NCBI GenBank assembly: GCA_951406725.2
Contig: OX597820.1
Coordinates: 55,738,001-55,802,000, forward strand
From: Octopus vulgaris
Taxonomy: Eukaryota
Length of the DNA stretch: 64,000 nucleotides
Direction: 5' to 3'
The notes under the pieces were generated by a model. That model was not told where the DNA came from. It saw nothing but the letters and a program-made list of their open reading frames with translations, and searched no databases. A program made the translations under genes and the position numbers. Shown one piece after another: positions 57,984 through 64,000 of this stretch (positions are counted from its first letter, which is position 1; each line of letters starts with the position of its first letter).

Positions 57984-60514
57984 GCCTTTGCACAGCTTCT
58001 AATGCTGGAAATGTACTTATTTTTTGAGCACCTTCCAGAGTCTTTGAGTGATTCCAAGCAGTGTTGTTTTCTGCAAGTGCTCCACCCTTATTGCAAGCGT
58101 TATTTGTTCCACATACTTCTCGAGATTTTTGCCCCACTGTTCCCAGGGCTCTGACAATTATTGGTACTACTGCTACTTTTTTCATCAACCACAACTGCTT
58201 AACTTCCCAAGCTAACCTGTCATATCTCTCAATTTTTAAATATTTCCAACAAATTATCATTTGAAATAATAAAATTAATTTTATTTATTTAATTTTTATT
58301 TCATTTTATCTCATTCATGTATTTTTTCTTCTTTTTCTTCTCTATCATTTTAGAACAATGCTATTATCAATCGTTAATATGGCAATGCTGTGTTTATACT
58401 GGTCAATGAAAGTTATAAGGAATGGGAGTACACAGGTGAGACAATGAATATAAATAAGCACACGTCACACTAGCATGTATACCTCACACTAGTATTCACA
58501 GTATGTATCATATTAACATGAATACTTTACACTAGCATTTGCATACATCACACTAGCATTCACATGAGTCAATCAAGCATTCACATGCATCAATCAAGCA
58601 TTTGCATGTGTAACTCAAGTATTTGCATGCATCGCTCAAGCATTCGCAGGCATTATTACTCAAGCATTTACAGGCATTACTCAAGCATTCGCAGGCATTA
58701 CTCAAGCATTTGCATGTGTCACTCAAGCATTCTCATGTCGCTCAAGCATTTGCATGCATTGCTCAAGTATTCTCATGCATCATTCAAGCATTCACATGCA
58801 TCACTCAGGCATTCACATTCATCAGGCTAGCCTTCACTTACATCACAATTGCATGCATACATCACACTAGTGTATGTCCATTGCACAAGCATGCACAGGC
58901 ATCAACTAACATGTATACATATCATCAGATTAGTTTGTATTCATCAGATTAGCTTGACTGCTCTCATGTACACATTCACACACACAAGCATTCATGATTA
59001 TTCATTCACCCTTGTTCTCATCATTCTCAGTGTTATGTCACTATTGCTGTTGCATATTCTAACATCATCACTATTGTCATCATCATTGTTATTGCCTCTC
59101 GTTTTTACTATCATTATCAAAAACACTGAGAATGATGTTGATGATGATAATGCTGGCAACATTGATAACAACAACTATAACAAAGAAAATTATGATAACA
59201 AAAGCAATGAGAATGACATCATAACTTTCATCCTCTTTCATTGTCACTCACCTGCTCATCGTCCTCATTCATATTATCATCTTTATTTTTATTGTTATTG
59301 TCATTATTACCCTCACTATCATCATCATCATCACCATCATCATCTTTATCCTCATTGTTATCATCATCAGTTTGATATCTTTATTCTTCTCTTTCAGTGC
59401 TGGGAAACCTTCATCAGCCAAGAAATATACCGCTTAGTGGTAGTTGATTTCTTCTTCACCATTCTCTACACTTTAGTCTTCGAGGTAACCTGGTTGTAAG
59501 TTTTACCTTTCCACTACAAAATTAACATTTTCTTTTGCCTAGGATTTTTAGGCTTTTATTGATTCCAGCAAGTAAAATGGGTTATTGTGGAGGGAAGCAG
59601 GGTTTTTCATCAGTGATACTGCAGCCTTTATTCTGGTTTGAGTGTGAAATAAAGAATTTGATACAGAACTTTGTTTTGCTAAAGGATATCTAAGTATTAT
59701 GGACATTTTGAACACTGAAAATATGGCAACTTGATGATTGGCATCCGTGCTAGTGGAGCGCTAAGAGTACCATATGAGTGAGATCGTTGCCAGAGCAACA
59801 AGCTGGCCTCTGTGCCGATGGCACGTTAAAAACACCATTCAAGCGTGATCTTTACCTGTGTTGCCTTACTAGTACTTGTGCTGGTGGCACATGAAAAAAG
59901 ACATTTGAGTGAGGGTGTTGCCAGTGCCGCTGGACTGGCTCCTGTGCAGGTGGCACATAAAAAGCACCATTTCAGCATGGCCATTGCCAGTACTACTTAA
60001 TTGGCCCTCGTGCCGGCGGCACATAAAAGCACCCACTACACTCTTGGAGTGGTTGGCGTTAGGAAGAGCATCCAGCTGTAGAAACTCTGCCAGATTAGAT
60101 TGGAGTCTGGTGCAGCCATCTGGTTTGCCAGGCCTCAGTCAAATCGTCCAACCCATGCTAGCATGGAAAGCGGACATTAAAAAATGATGATGATGTGTGT
60201 GTGTGTGTGTGTGTATGATGATGATGATGACGACGACGACGATGTTGTTGTTGTTGTTCAATAATACAAGCTGTAGTCATATAGCTTTGATAAGAATAGG
60301 ATGATGTTGAATTCCTCAACACCCTTCTCTCTCTCTCTAAGATTTTAATGGATCAAATATGGAATTGGTTAAATGTGCATAAATGTTGCATTGCAGCATT
60401 TGGCGGTATGCTAATCAATTTGAAATATACATAGCTCCTTAATCATGAATAAATCTCCATTCTTTTATGTGTGTGTGTGTCTAATGATTCTGCGTGTTCA
60501 CCACCATAATAATG

Positions 60515-60552
<38 letters not shown>

Positions 60553-61684
60553 CCTTTCTACTGGAGGCACAAGGCCTCAAATTTTGTGGGAAGGGACTAG
60601 TCGATTACATTGACCTCAATTTTTTCACTGGTACTTAATTTATCAACCCCAAAGGATGAAAGGCAAACTTGACCTTGGTGGAATTTGAACTCAGAACATA
60701 GCGACAGGTGAAATACTGCTAAGCATTTCATCTGGCATGCTAATGACTCTGCCAGCTTGCCACCCTAATGATAATAATAATCCTTTCTACTATAGGCACA
60801 AGGCCAGAAATTTGGAGGGAGCAGACTAGTTGATTACATCAACGCCAGTGCTTCACTAGTACTTAATTTATTGACCCTGAAAGGATGAATGGTGAAATTA
60901 ACTTTGGTAGAATTTGAACTCAGAACACAAAGACAGATGAAATGCCGCTAAACATTTCACCTGTCATACTAACAATTCTGCCAGCTCACTGCTTTAATGA
61001 TAATGATAATAATAATCAATTCTTTTATTAGCCACAAGGGCTGACATAAAATAACATTAAATGACATGCAACAACATAAAGGACAAAAACAGAACGATAC
61101 AAAGGGTTTTAGAATGAAAGAAGCCCGTCGTATATATGTATATATATATGTGTGTGTGTGCGTGTATGTTTGTGTTTGTTCCATCCAACATCGCTTGACA
61201 ACTGATGCTGGTGTGTTTATGTCCCCGTCACTTAGCGGTTCAGCAAAAAGAGACCGATAGAATAAGTATTAGGCTTACAAAGAATAAGTCCCGGTGTCGA
61301 GTTGCTCAATTAAAGGCGGTGCTCCAGCATGGCCACTGTCAAATGACTGAAACAAGTAAAAGAGTAAATTAAAACTCTCAATAGGAGTGGGGTGGGGCGC
61401 TTTAAGGTCCTCGTGGAAAAAAACCCACAAAAGCCACAGGTACCTGATCAACAGAGCAAAACCCTTTCTCCTTTAATTTTTCACAGGTGTACACTCAGTC
61501 CTTTTACACTGGCCATTCTTCCAACATTCACCTACCTTTCAACAAACTTGCTAGAAGGTAACACTTCTCTCTCTCCATCCTCAACTTCCTTTTCAAGTGA
61601 AACTTGAAAAAGTTGATGAGGGCTTGGCCAAAGAGGAAAAAGTGTAATAAACCCAACATAATGTTTCTGAATTTGTGAATGTGG

Positions 61685-61725
<41 letters not shown>

Positions 61726-61919
61726 TAAATGATGATGATGATGATGATGATGATCCACATTCACAAATTCAGAAACATTATGTTGCAATATACAGTTTGT
61801 AACCCAGTATTTGTTGTATATTTCAGCGTTTTACATTCTTGTCAAGCCTTATCTGCAAGCCCAAAGTTCAATATTGCTACAACAACACTAGATCTGGTTT
61901 ATTCACAAGCACTTTGTTG
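18520..61919 (+). CDS. TMC5: Transmembrane channel-like gene (TMC5/6-like), 12 coding exons, 3' incomplete: join(18520-18562,35107-35247,40395-40653,45958-46036,46605-46877,49170-49315,52752-52902,55035-55193,55974-56116,58354-58435,59398-59495,61827-61919)
   Basis: Manual splicing gives a stop-free 1667-nt frame with GT-AG introns and matching phases. TMC motifs: LWQSAIKKIEGLFGSSVTSYFLFLKWL, ELFYGFYTNETI, WDYSV, CWETFISQEIYRL, LDLVYSQALCW. The paralog name is a best guess from recalled vertebrate sequences. Confidence 0.9.
18925..20495 (-). mobile_element. Three tandem SINE family A copies; the first has an RTE 3' tail inserted at about 19155-19355
   Basis: Reverse-complement matches at 18925-19512, 19605-20045 and 20075-20495. 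Confidence 0.8.
20607..21414. mobile_element. Palindromic MITE, Merlin-like
   Basis: Arms of about 370-420 bp, termini GGA(C/T)(C/T)TCTTCA, perfect 8-bp TSD TTCCATCT at 20599-20606 and 21415-21422. Confidence 0.8.
21430..22075 (+). mobile_element. Decayed restriction-like-endonuclease LINE (HERO-like) 3' fragment
   Basis: TLKSDLVL...VIVKLTVP*DD...KYADL...GW...VKVGCR matches the RPD...ELTVPW...KY...VEVGCRG pattern. Confidence 0.6.
25790..28540 (+). repeat. Region rich in + strand SINE family B copies
   Basis: Copies near 25790, 26015, 27140, 27370, 27880 and 28342. Confidence 0.7.
26441..26669. mobile_element. piggyBac-type MITE; other copies about 1557-1784, 7501-7775, 17642-17868, 31224-31626, 39170-39384, 55653-55874, 63058-63286
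   Basis: TTAA|CCCTTTAG ... CTAAAGGG|TTAA termini and a shared internal sequence. Confidence 0.75.
28585..28932 (+). mobile_element. Probable non-autonomous Helentron/HINE-like element between (TAA)n and (TTA)n
   Basis: Start acaagagcactcagcgagtgcaaacctctgccaagg; end aagtttcatccgaatcc...acagacaaacaa...gaaaacaatac; layout recalled from that class. Confidence 0.45.
29023..30455 (-). mobile_element. R4/Dong-clade LINE 3' fragments (29023-29922, 29974-30320, 30320-30455) bounded by (TTA)n and (TTC)n
   Basis: AAHEQALRTNY, CCHC knuckle KCRMCGERGQTVWHIVSKC, REL endonuclease motifs IID, KYQDLAIELQRLW, PIVIGALG. Confidence 0.82.
30458..30634 (+). repeat. (TTC)n microsatellite, about 58 units
   Basis: Direct reading. 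Confidence 0.95.
32600..32794. mobile_element. pogo/Tc1-type MITE remnant
   Basis: Inverted ends ctgtattttctggcatataa / ttgtatgccagaaaatatgg. Confidence 0.5.
33290..34445 (+). mobile_element. Older 5'-truncated copy related to the RTE LINE
   Basis: Colinear with 43830-44960 (GVHQGSVLSPLL, CPWELLY, FSYLG, LHWYGHV). Confidence 0.8.
35107..35247 (+). CDS. TMC5: TMC exon 2 (DNGAYLNEMNQ...QNLPSNRL)
   Basis: tag acceptor, A|gtaagg donor, phase 1-1, open frame. Confidence 0.75.
36478..37012 (+). mobile_element. SINE family A copy with a hammerhead-bearing insert in its (TA)n
   Basis: Matches 11775-12180 except for the insert at 36688-36769. Confidence 0.8.
36713..36765 (-). ncRNA. Minimal hammerhead-like motif (degenerate core) in an 82-bp insert in (TA)n
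   Basis: aacaaaactgt-CTGACAA-acaggaatgt-GAAAC-TCTGA-GTA-tcaggttttgtt, then AATAAA; one core G>A. Confidence 0.55.
37045..37787 (-). mobile_element. Penelope-like element 3' fragment: GIY-YIG endonuclease remnant plus hammerhead-bearing pLTR, flanked by (TA)n on both sides
   Basis: IYQ...YIRSTST...NHQSSF, then after a frameshift HV*HLKDQGTPCDIKWKII...PY...CCKIW..E...ELFSKCVH; stop at 37444-37446; hammerhead motif downstream. Confidence 0.8.
37213..37290 (-). ncRNA. Type I hammerhead ribozyme motif (PLE-type), stem I weak
   Basis: CTGATGA-gctgt...acaggct-GAAAC-AGCT-GTA; palindromic ACAGCTGT stem III. Confidence 0.65.
38041..38968 (-). mobile_element. Deleted Tc1/mariner (maT-like) transposon
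   Basis: WPPNSSDCNPMDYY motif on the minus strand; imperfect TIRs cagggtatttgggctaaatttg / caaaatttgcctgaaaatcctg; internal 15-bp tandem repeat at 38408-38462. Confidence 0.7.
39546..40081. mobile_element. RTE-like LINE 3' fragment with inverted 5' segment
   Basis: Minus 39546-39692 encodes IWNSKLPRQIKTKLF...LLYGSET; plus 39694-40070 continues KKLSNGLNGRYTRML*MALNVKWQ...LYGNLP...; (TAA)n tail. Confidence 0.75.
40395..40653 (+). CDS. TMC5: TMC exon 3 (MTELTKTK...ALNAMPVNLSNKREV)
   Basis: tttttttctag acceptor, AT|gtaaga donor; MPxxxxxKR motif typical of the TMC N-terminus. Confidence 0.85.
41930..45120 (+). mobile_element. Near full-length decayed RTE-clade LINE (APE endonuclease + RT)
   Basis: GTLNVGTL, CCIQEVRW, VAGDFN, QIDYIL; KAFDR, GVHQGSVLGPLLF; YADD region deleted; PHD-like Cys cluster; HYLGD, LHGSETW; several stops and frameshifts. 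Confidence 0.93.
45365..45750 (-). mobile_element. CR1-clade LINE 3' fragment
   Basis: NTRGHVYKVRK...RKHFFTLSVAEA*NRL matches the TRGH...FF...WN.LP terminus. Confidence 0.75.
45958..46036 (+). CDS. TMC5: TMC exon 4 (IQSLTDTIRSKEKTLSADVWLRSNVQG)
   Basis: aag acceptor, GGG|gtaagt donor; phase 2-0 bridges exons 3 and 5. Confidence 0.75.
46156..46398. repeat. Fold-back inverted repeat (MITE-like) in TMC intron 4
   Basis: Imperfect arms of about 110 bp (tgtatgttttta...ctgcccacata / tatgtgggcag...taaaaacataca) around a loop of about 16 nt. Confidence 0.8.
46605..46877 (+). CDS. TMC5: TMC exon 5 (includes TM1)
   Basis: ttcag acceptor, AAG|gtgaga donor; IKKIEGLFGSSVTSYFLFLKWLFLLN motif. Confidence 0.95.
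47059..47471. repeat. AT-rich fold-back element with one-sided tail between (TA)n tracts
   Basis: attatattagagataaaaccactattaggcaaatcaaacagtg... is mirrored at about 47285-47399. Confidence 0.8.
48356..48905. mobile_element. Penelope-like fold-back relic: inverted arms of about 190 bp (48356-48749) plus one-sided tail, inside the (TA)n of a minus-strand SINE A (48198-49100)
   Basis: Near-perfect inverted repeat containing the hammerhead and AATAAA; (TA)n at both ends. Confidence 0.7.
48414..48493 (-). ncRNA. Type I hammerhead ribozyme motif, core intact
   Basis: ttc-CTGAAGA-gaaagacacaat...attgtggctttc (11/12 bp stem II)-GAAAC-ACGT-GTA-gaa, then AATAAA; the mirror + copy at 48614-48691 lacks the G of GAAA. 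Confidence 0.75.
49170..49315 (+). CDS. TMC5: TMC exon 6 (GWMADTELFYGFYTNETI...ILGAMFY)
   Basis: acag acceptor, AG|gtgaca donor; FYGFY and MPYAY motifs. Confidence 0.93.
50115..50502 (+). pseudogene. Mariner transposase C-terminal fragment
   Basis: TINGEYHANLL, ILFHQNNAPAH, PPYSPDMVSSGYHLFPN. Confidence 0.85.
50520..50760 (-). mobile_element. Third tRNA-derived SINE family (head GAAGGCACGTGGCT); related copies about 1905-2060 (+) and 56820-56945 (-)
   Basis: A/B-box-like head and GTGTCCTTGAGCAAGAC core-like motif. Confidence 0.65.
50770..51715 (-). mobile_element. Two CR1/Jockey-group LINE 3' fragments (50770-51040, 51550-51715)
   Basis: LQPPAHRHAVSSLCLFYHYY; RTSALWNSL and PRTLVFWNSL. Confidence 0.6.
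52752..52902 (+). CDS. TMC5: TMC exon 7 (SIARSYKENY...MFTIWDYSV...HNEIK)
   Basis: ttcttag acceptor, AAG|gtaagt donor; WDY motif. Confidence 0.93.
55035..55193 (+). CDS. TMC5: TMC exon 8 (EYLSE...LLRLLSHILVLGLISGCGYVVYY...KDK)
   Basis: ttgcag acceptor, AAA|gtaagt donor; hydrophobic TM segment. Confidence 0.92.
55974..56116 (+). CDS. TMC5: TMC exon 9 (TSNEILQDFGVPVLMSASNLLLPLIF...LESY...VTMVR)
   Basis: tccag acceptor, AG|gtaaga donor; PxxxSxxNxxxPxxF and ExY motifs. Confidence 0.92.
56580..56812 (+). mobile_element. SINE family B (head AAGGCGGCGAGCTGGCAGAA; central GTCGACTTTGCCTTTCATCCTTTCGGGGTCGATAAATTAAGTACCAG)
   Basis: B-box GAGTTCAAATTCC; near-identical copy at 53415-53650; central block resembles the Meta/Nin-type SINE domain (recalled). 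Confidence 0.8.
56982..57562 (+). mobile_element. Retroposon 3' fragment with (TAA)n tail; its terminal about 55 bp recur twice at 6376-6490
   Basis: tatattttaccccagtgtcactttgatgg(c/t)atgcact(a/g)ctctctcact followed by (AAT)n in all copies. Confidence 0.55.
57984..58260 (-). mobile_element. R4/Dong-like LINE 3' end abutting (TTA)n; opposite-strand piece at about 57585-57760
   Basis: KIERYDRLAWEVKQLW...VVPIIVRALGT; KWYKYVPKSVVEND in the + piece. Confidence 0.7.
58354..58435 (+). CDS. TMC5: TMC exon 10 (TMLLSIVNMAMLCLYWSMKVIRNGSTQ)
   Basis: Long pyrimidine tract with tag acceptor, CAG|gtgaga donor, phase 2-0. Confidence 0.9.
58460..58995 (+). repeat. Degenerate 21-bp minisatellite (gcatcactcaagcattcacat) in TMC intron 10
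   Basis: Repeated tcaagcatt at about 21-nt spacing, clearest at 58565-58820. Confidence 0.8.
59398..59495 (+). CDS. TMC5: TMC exon 11, start of TMC signature domain (CWETFISQEIYRLVVVDFFF...)
   Basis: ctttcag acceptor, TT|gtaagt donor; CWET signature. Confidence 0.95.
60550..60995 (-). repeat. Two tandem SINE family B copies
   Basis: Same motifs as the other B clusters. Confidence 0.75.
61654..61785. repeat. Perfect hairpin: 30-bp unique arms extended by (ATC)n/(GAT)n
   Basis: caacataatgtttctgaatttgtgaatgtg / cacattcacaaattcagaaacattatgttg. Confidence 0.9.
61827..61919 (+). CDS. TMC5: TMC exon 12 (FVLHSCQALSASPKFNIATTTLDLVYSQALCW)
   Basis: tttcag acceptor, TG|gtaaga donor; aligns to the EFDIARNVLELIYxQTLxW motif. 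Confidence 0.92.
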
Positions 61920-63403
61920 GTAAGAGTCAAACTTTTCTCTTTTAACAGCTTTCATTTCTCTCACTCTCCTTCTCTCTCTCCCTCTTACTTTCTCTTCCTC
62001 TTTATCTCTTACTCTCTCTCTCTCTCCCTCTCTACCTCTTACTTTCTCTCTATCTCTTACTTTTTTCTATAGTTCTCTAATGCTAAATTTTAAACTTTTT
62101 TCTTTCATTCTTTATTTTTCATTTTATATTTCATTCATTATTTCTTTTTTTTTTCTTCTTCTTTTCATTCTTTCTTTCTTTCTTTCTTTATCCCTTCCTC
62201 TCTTACTTTCTCTCTATCACTCCTTTTCTCTATAGTTCTCTTTCTAACTCTCACTAACTTTTTCTTTCTTTTATTTAATTTCTCTTTCTTTATTTCCTTT
62301 ATTTCATTATTTTCTCTTTTTTATTTCTTTTTTCTTCCTCCCTTTCTTTATTCCTCCCTTCCATCCTTCCCTCCTTTCGTCCTTCCTACCTTCCTTCCTT
62401 CCTTCCTTCCTTCGTTCCATCCTTCCCTCCTTTCGTCCTTCCTTCTTTCCTTTTTTTCTCAAGTTCTCTTTTTTGCCCCATCTTGCTCACTCTTTTCCTA
62501 GCTCTATATTTCTTTCTCTTATCTATCTGTATGTCAGTCTTAAATGTTTGTATCTCTGTGTTTGTTGGTTCCCCTCCCCATACCACTTGACAACCAGTTT
62601 TAAGTTTGTTTACACCCCACCTATAACTTAACAGTCCAACAAAACGAGACCAACACAATAAATACCAGACTTACGAAATAAGTACTGAGGCTGATTTGTT
62701 CAACTAAACCTTTCGGGATGGTGCCCCAGCATGGCCACAGTCCAATGACTGAAACTAGTCAAGAATAAAAGAATCTGTCAGCTACATAGCATCACTGACG
62801 CATTGGCAATAAATGGCTTGTCAGCCTCACCTGGACATAGTCATCATCAATATGTATAGGTGAATGAGGATGTACATATGTGTTTGTATAGTGTATACAG
62901 GGTGGGCCAAAAGTCACAAAATAAGTTCAGTACAGTCCAGAATTGTCAAAGACATGCTTCGGTTTTGCTAAAATTGAATGGAGTAAATAAAATGAAGTGC
63001 ATCCAGCTGTGGACACTCTGCCTCAGCAACTTCTGTGTGAGCATGAATAAGATGACATTAACCCATTAGTATTTAAACTGGTCATACCTGGCCCAAATAT
63101 TCTACCTGTTTTATGTTCAGATCAGTCAGATCCAACCTTTCATACCTATCCTACATTGTCATTCTAAAACTGAATGTTCATATCATTAAAATATGAAAGC
63201 TAAGAGTTAATACATGATTAATTTAAACCAATGTGGATTAATATGCAGAACATCTAAGAGAATAATCTGAATGCTAAAGAGTTAAAATGATGATGACTAG
63301 ATGTATATAATATATATATATATATTTACAGCTTTTAATAAAATGTTGTAGTATGAAACAATTGTACTAGATTACCGGATTCATTCTTGTTGCTTATTTT
63401 TTT

Positions 63404-63484
<81 letters not shown>

Positions 63485-63487
<3 letters not shown>

Positions 63488-64000
63488 CGCAGGAGTGGCT
63501 GTGTGGTAAGTAGCTTGCTAACCAACCACATGGTTCCGGGTTCAGTCCTTACTGCATGGCATCTTGGGCAAGTGTCTTCTGCTATAGCCCCAGGCCAACC
63601 AATGCCTTGTGAGTGGATTTGGTAGACGGAAACTGAAAGAAGCCTGTCGTATATATATATGTGTGTGTGTGTGTATGTGATTGTGTGTCTGTGTTTGTCC
63701 CCCTAGCATTGCTTGACAACCGATGCTGGTGTGTTTACGTCCCTGTTACTTAGCGGTTCAGCAAAAGAGACCGATAGAATAAGTACTGGGCTTACAAAGA
63801 ATAAGTCCCGGGGTCGATTTGCTCGACTAAAGGCGGTGCTCCAGCATGGCCGCAGTCACATGACTGAAACAAGTAAAAAAAAAAAAAAAATATATAAATA
63901 TATACGACGGGCTTCTTTCAGTTTCTGTCTACCAAATCCACTCACAAGGCTTTGGTCGGCCCGAGGCTATAGTAGAAGACACTTGCCCAAGGTGCCATGC
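63485..64000. mobile_element. SINE family A copy (+, 63485-63880) followed by an inverted partial copy (63903-64000)
   Basis: Near identity to other family A copies. Confidence 0.85.

Noticed and set aside
58849-59397. 5' part of the 216-aa ORF as TMC coding sequence
   Set aside because: Low-complexity intron read-through; the real exon starts at the cag acceptor before 59398.

Overview
AT-rich, repeat-dense animal genomic DNA. The SINE families, microsatellite load and LINE set resemble an octopus (coleoid cephalopod) genome; this is inference from recalled repeat sequences. The window holds the first 12 coding exons (18520-61919, + strand, 1667 nt, about 555 codons) of a transmembrane channel-like gene closest to TMC5/6. 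All introns are GT-AG and phase-compatible, and the gene runs off the 3' end of the window. The rest is mostly tRNA-derived SINEs, decayed LINEs (RTE, Tx1/L1, CR1, R4/Dong, HERO), mariner/maT transposons and MITEs. Highlights: (1) several Penelope-like relics sit in (TA)n tracts, often inside one SINE family; some carry type I hammerhead motifs with palindromic stem III and some form long fold-back hairpins; (2) TMC signature residues that differ from the family consensus by first-position G>A (K/E, N/D, S/G) could be restored by A-to-I editing; (3) long inverted repeats cluster next to TMC exons 4-6 and 12.
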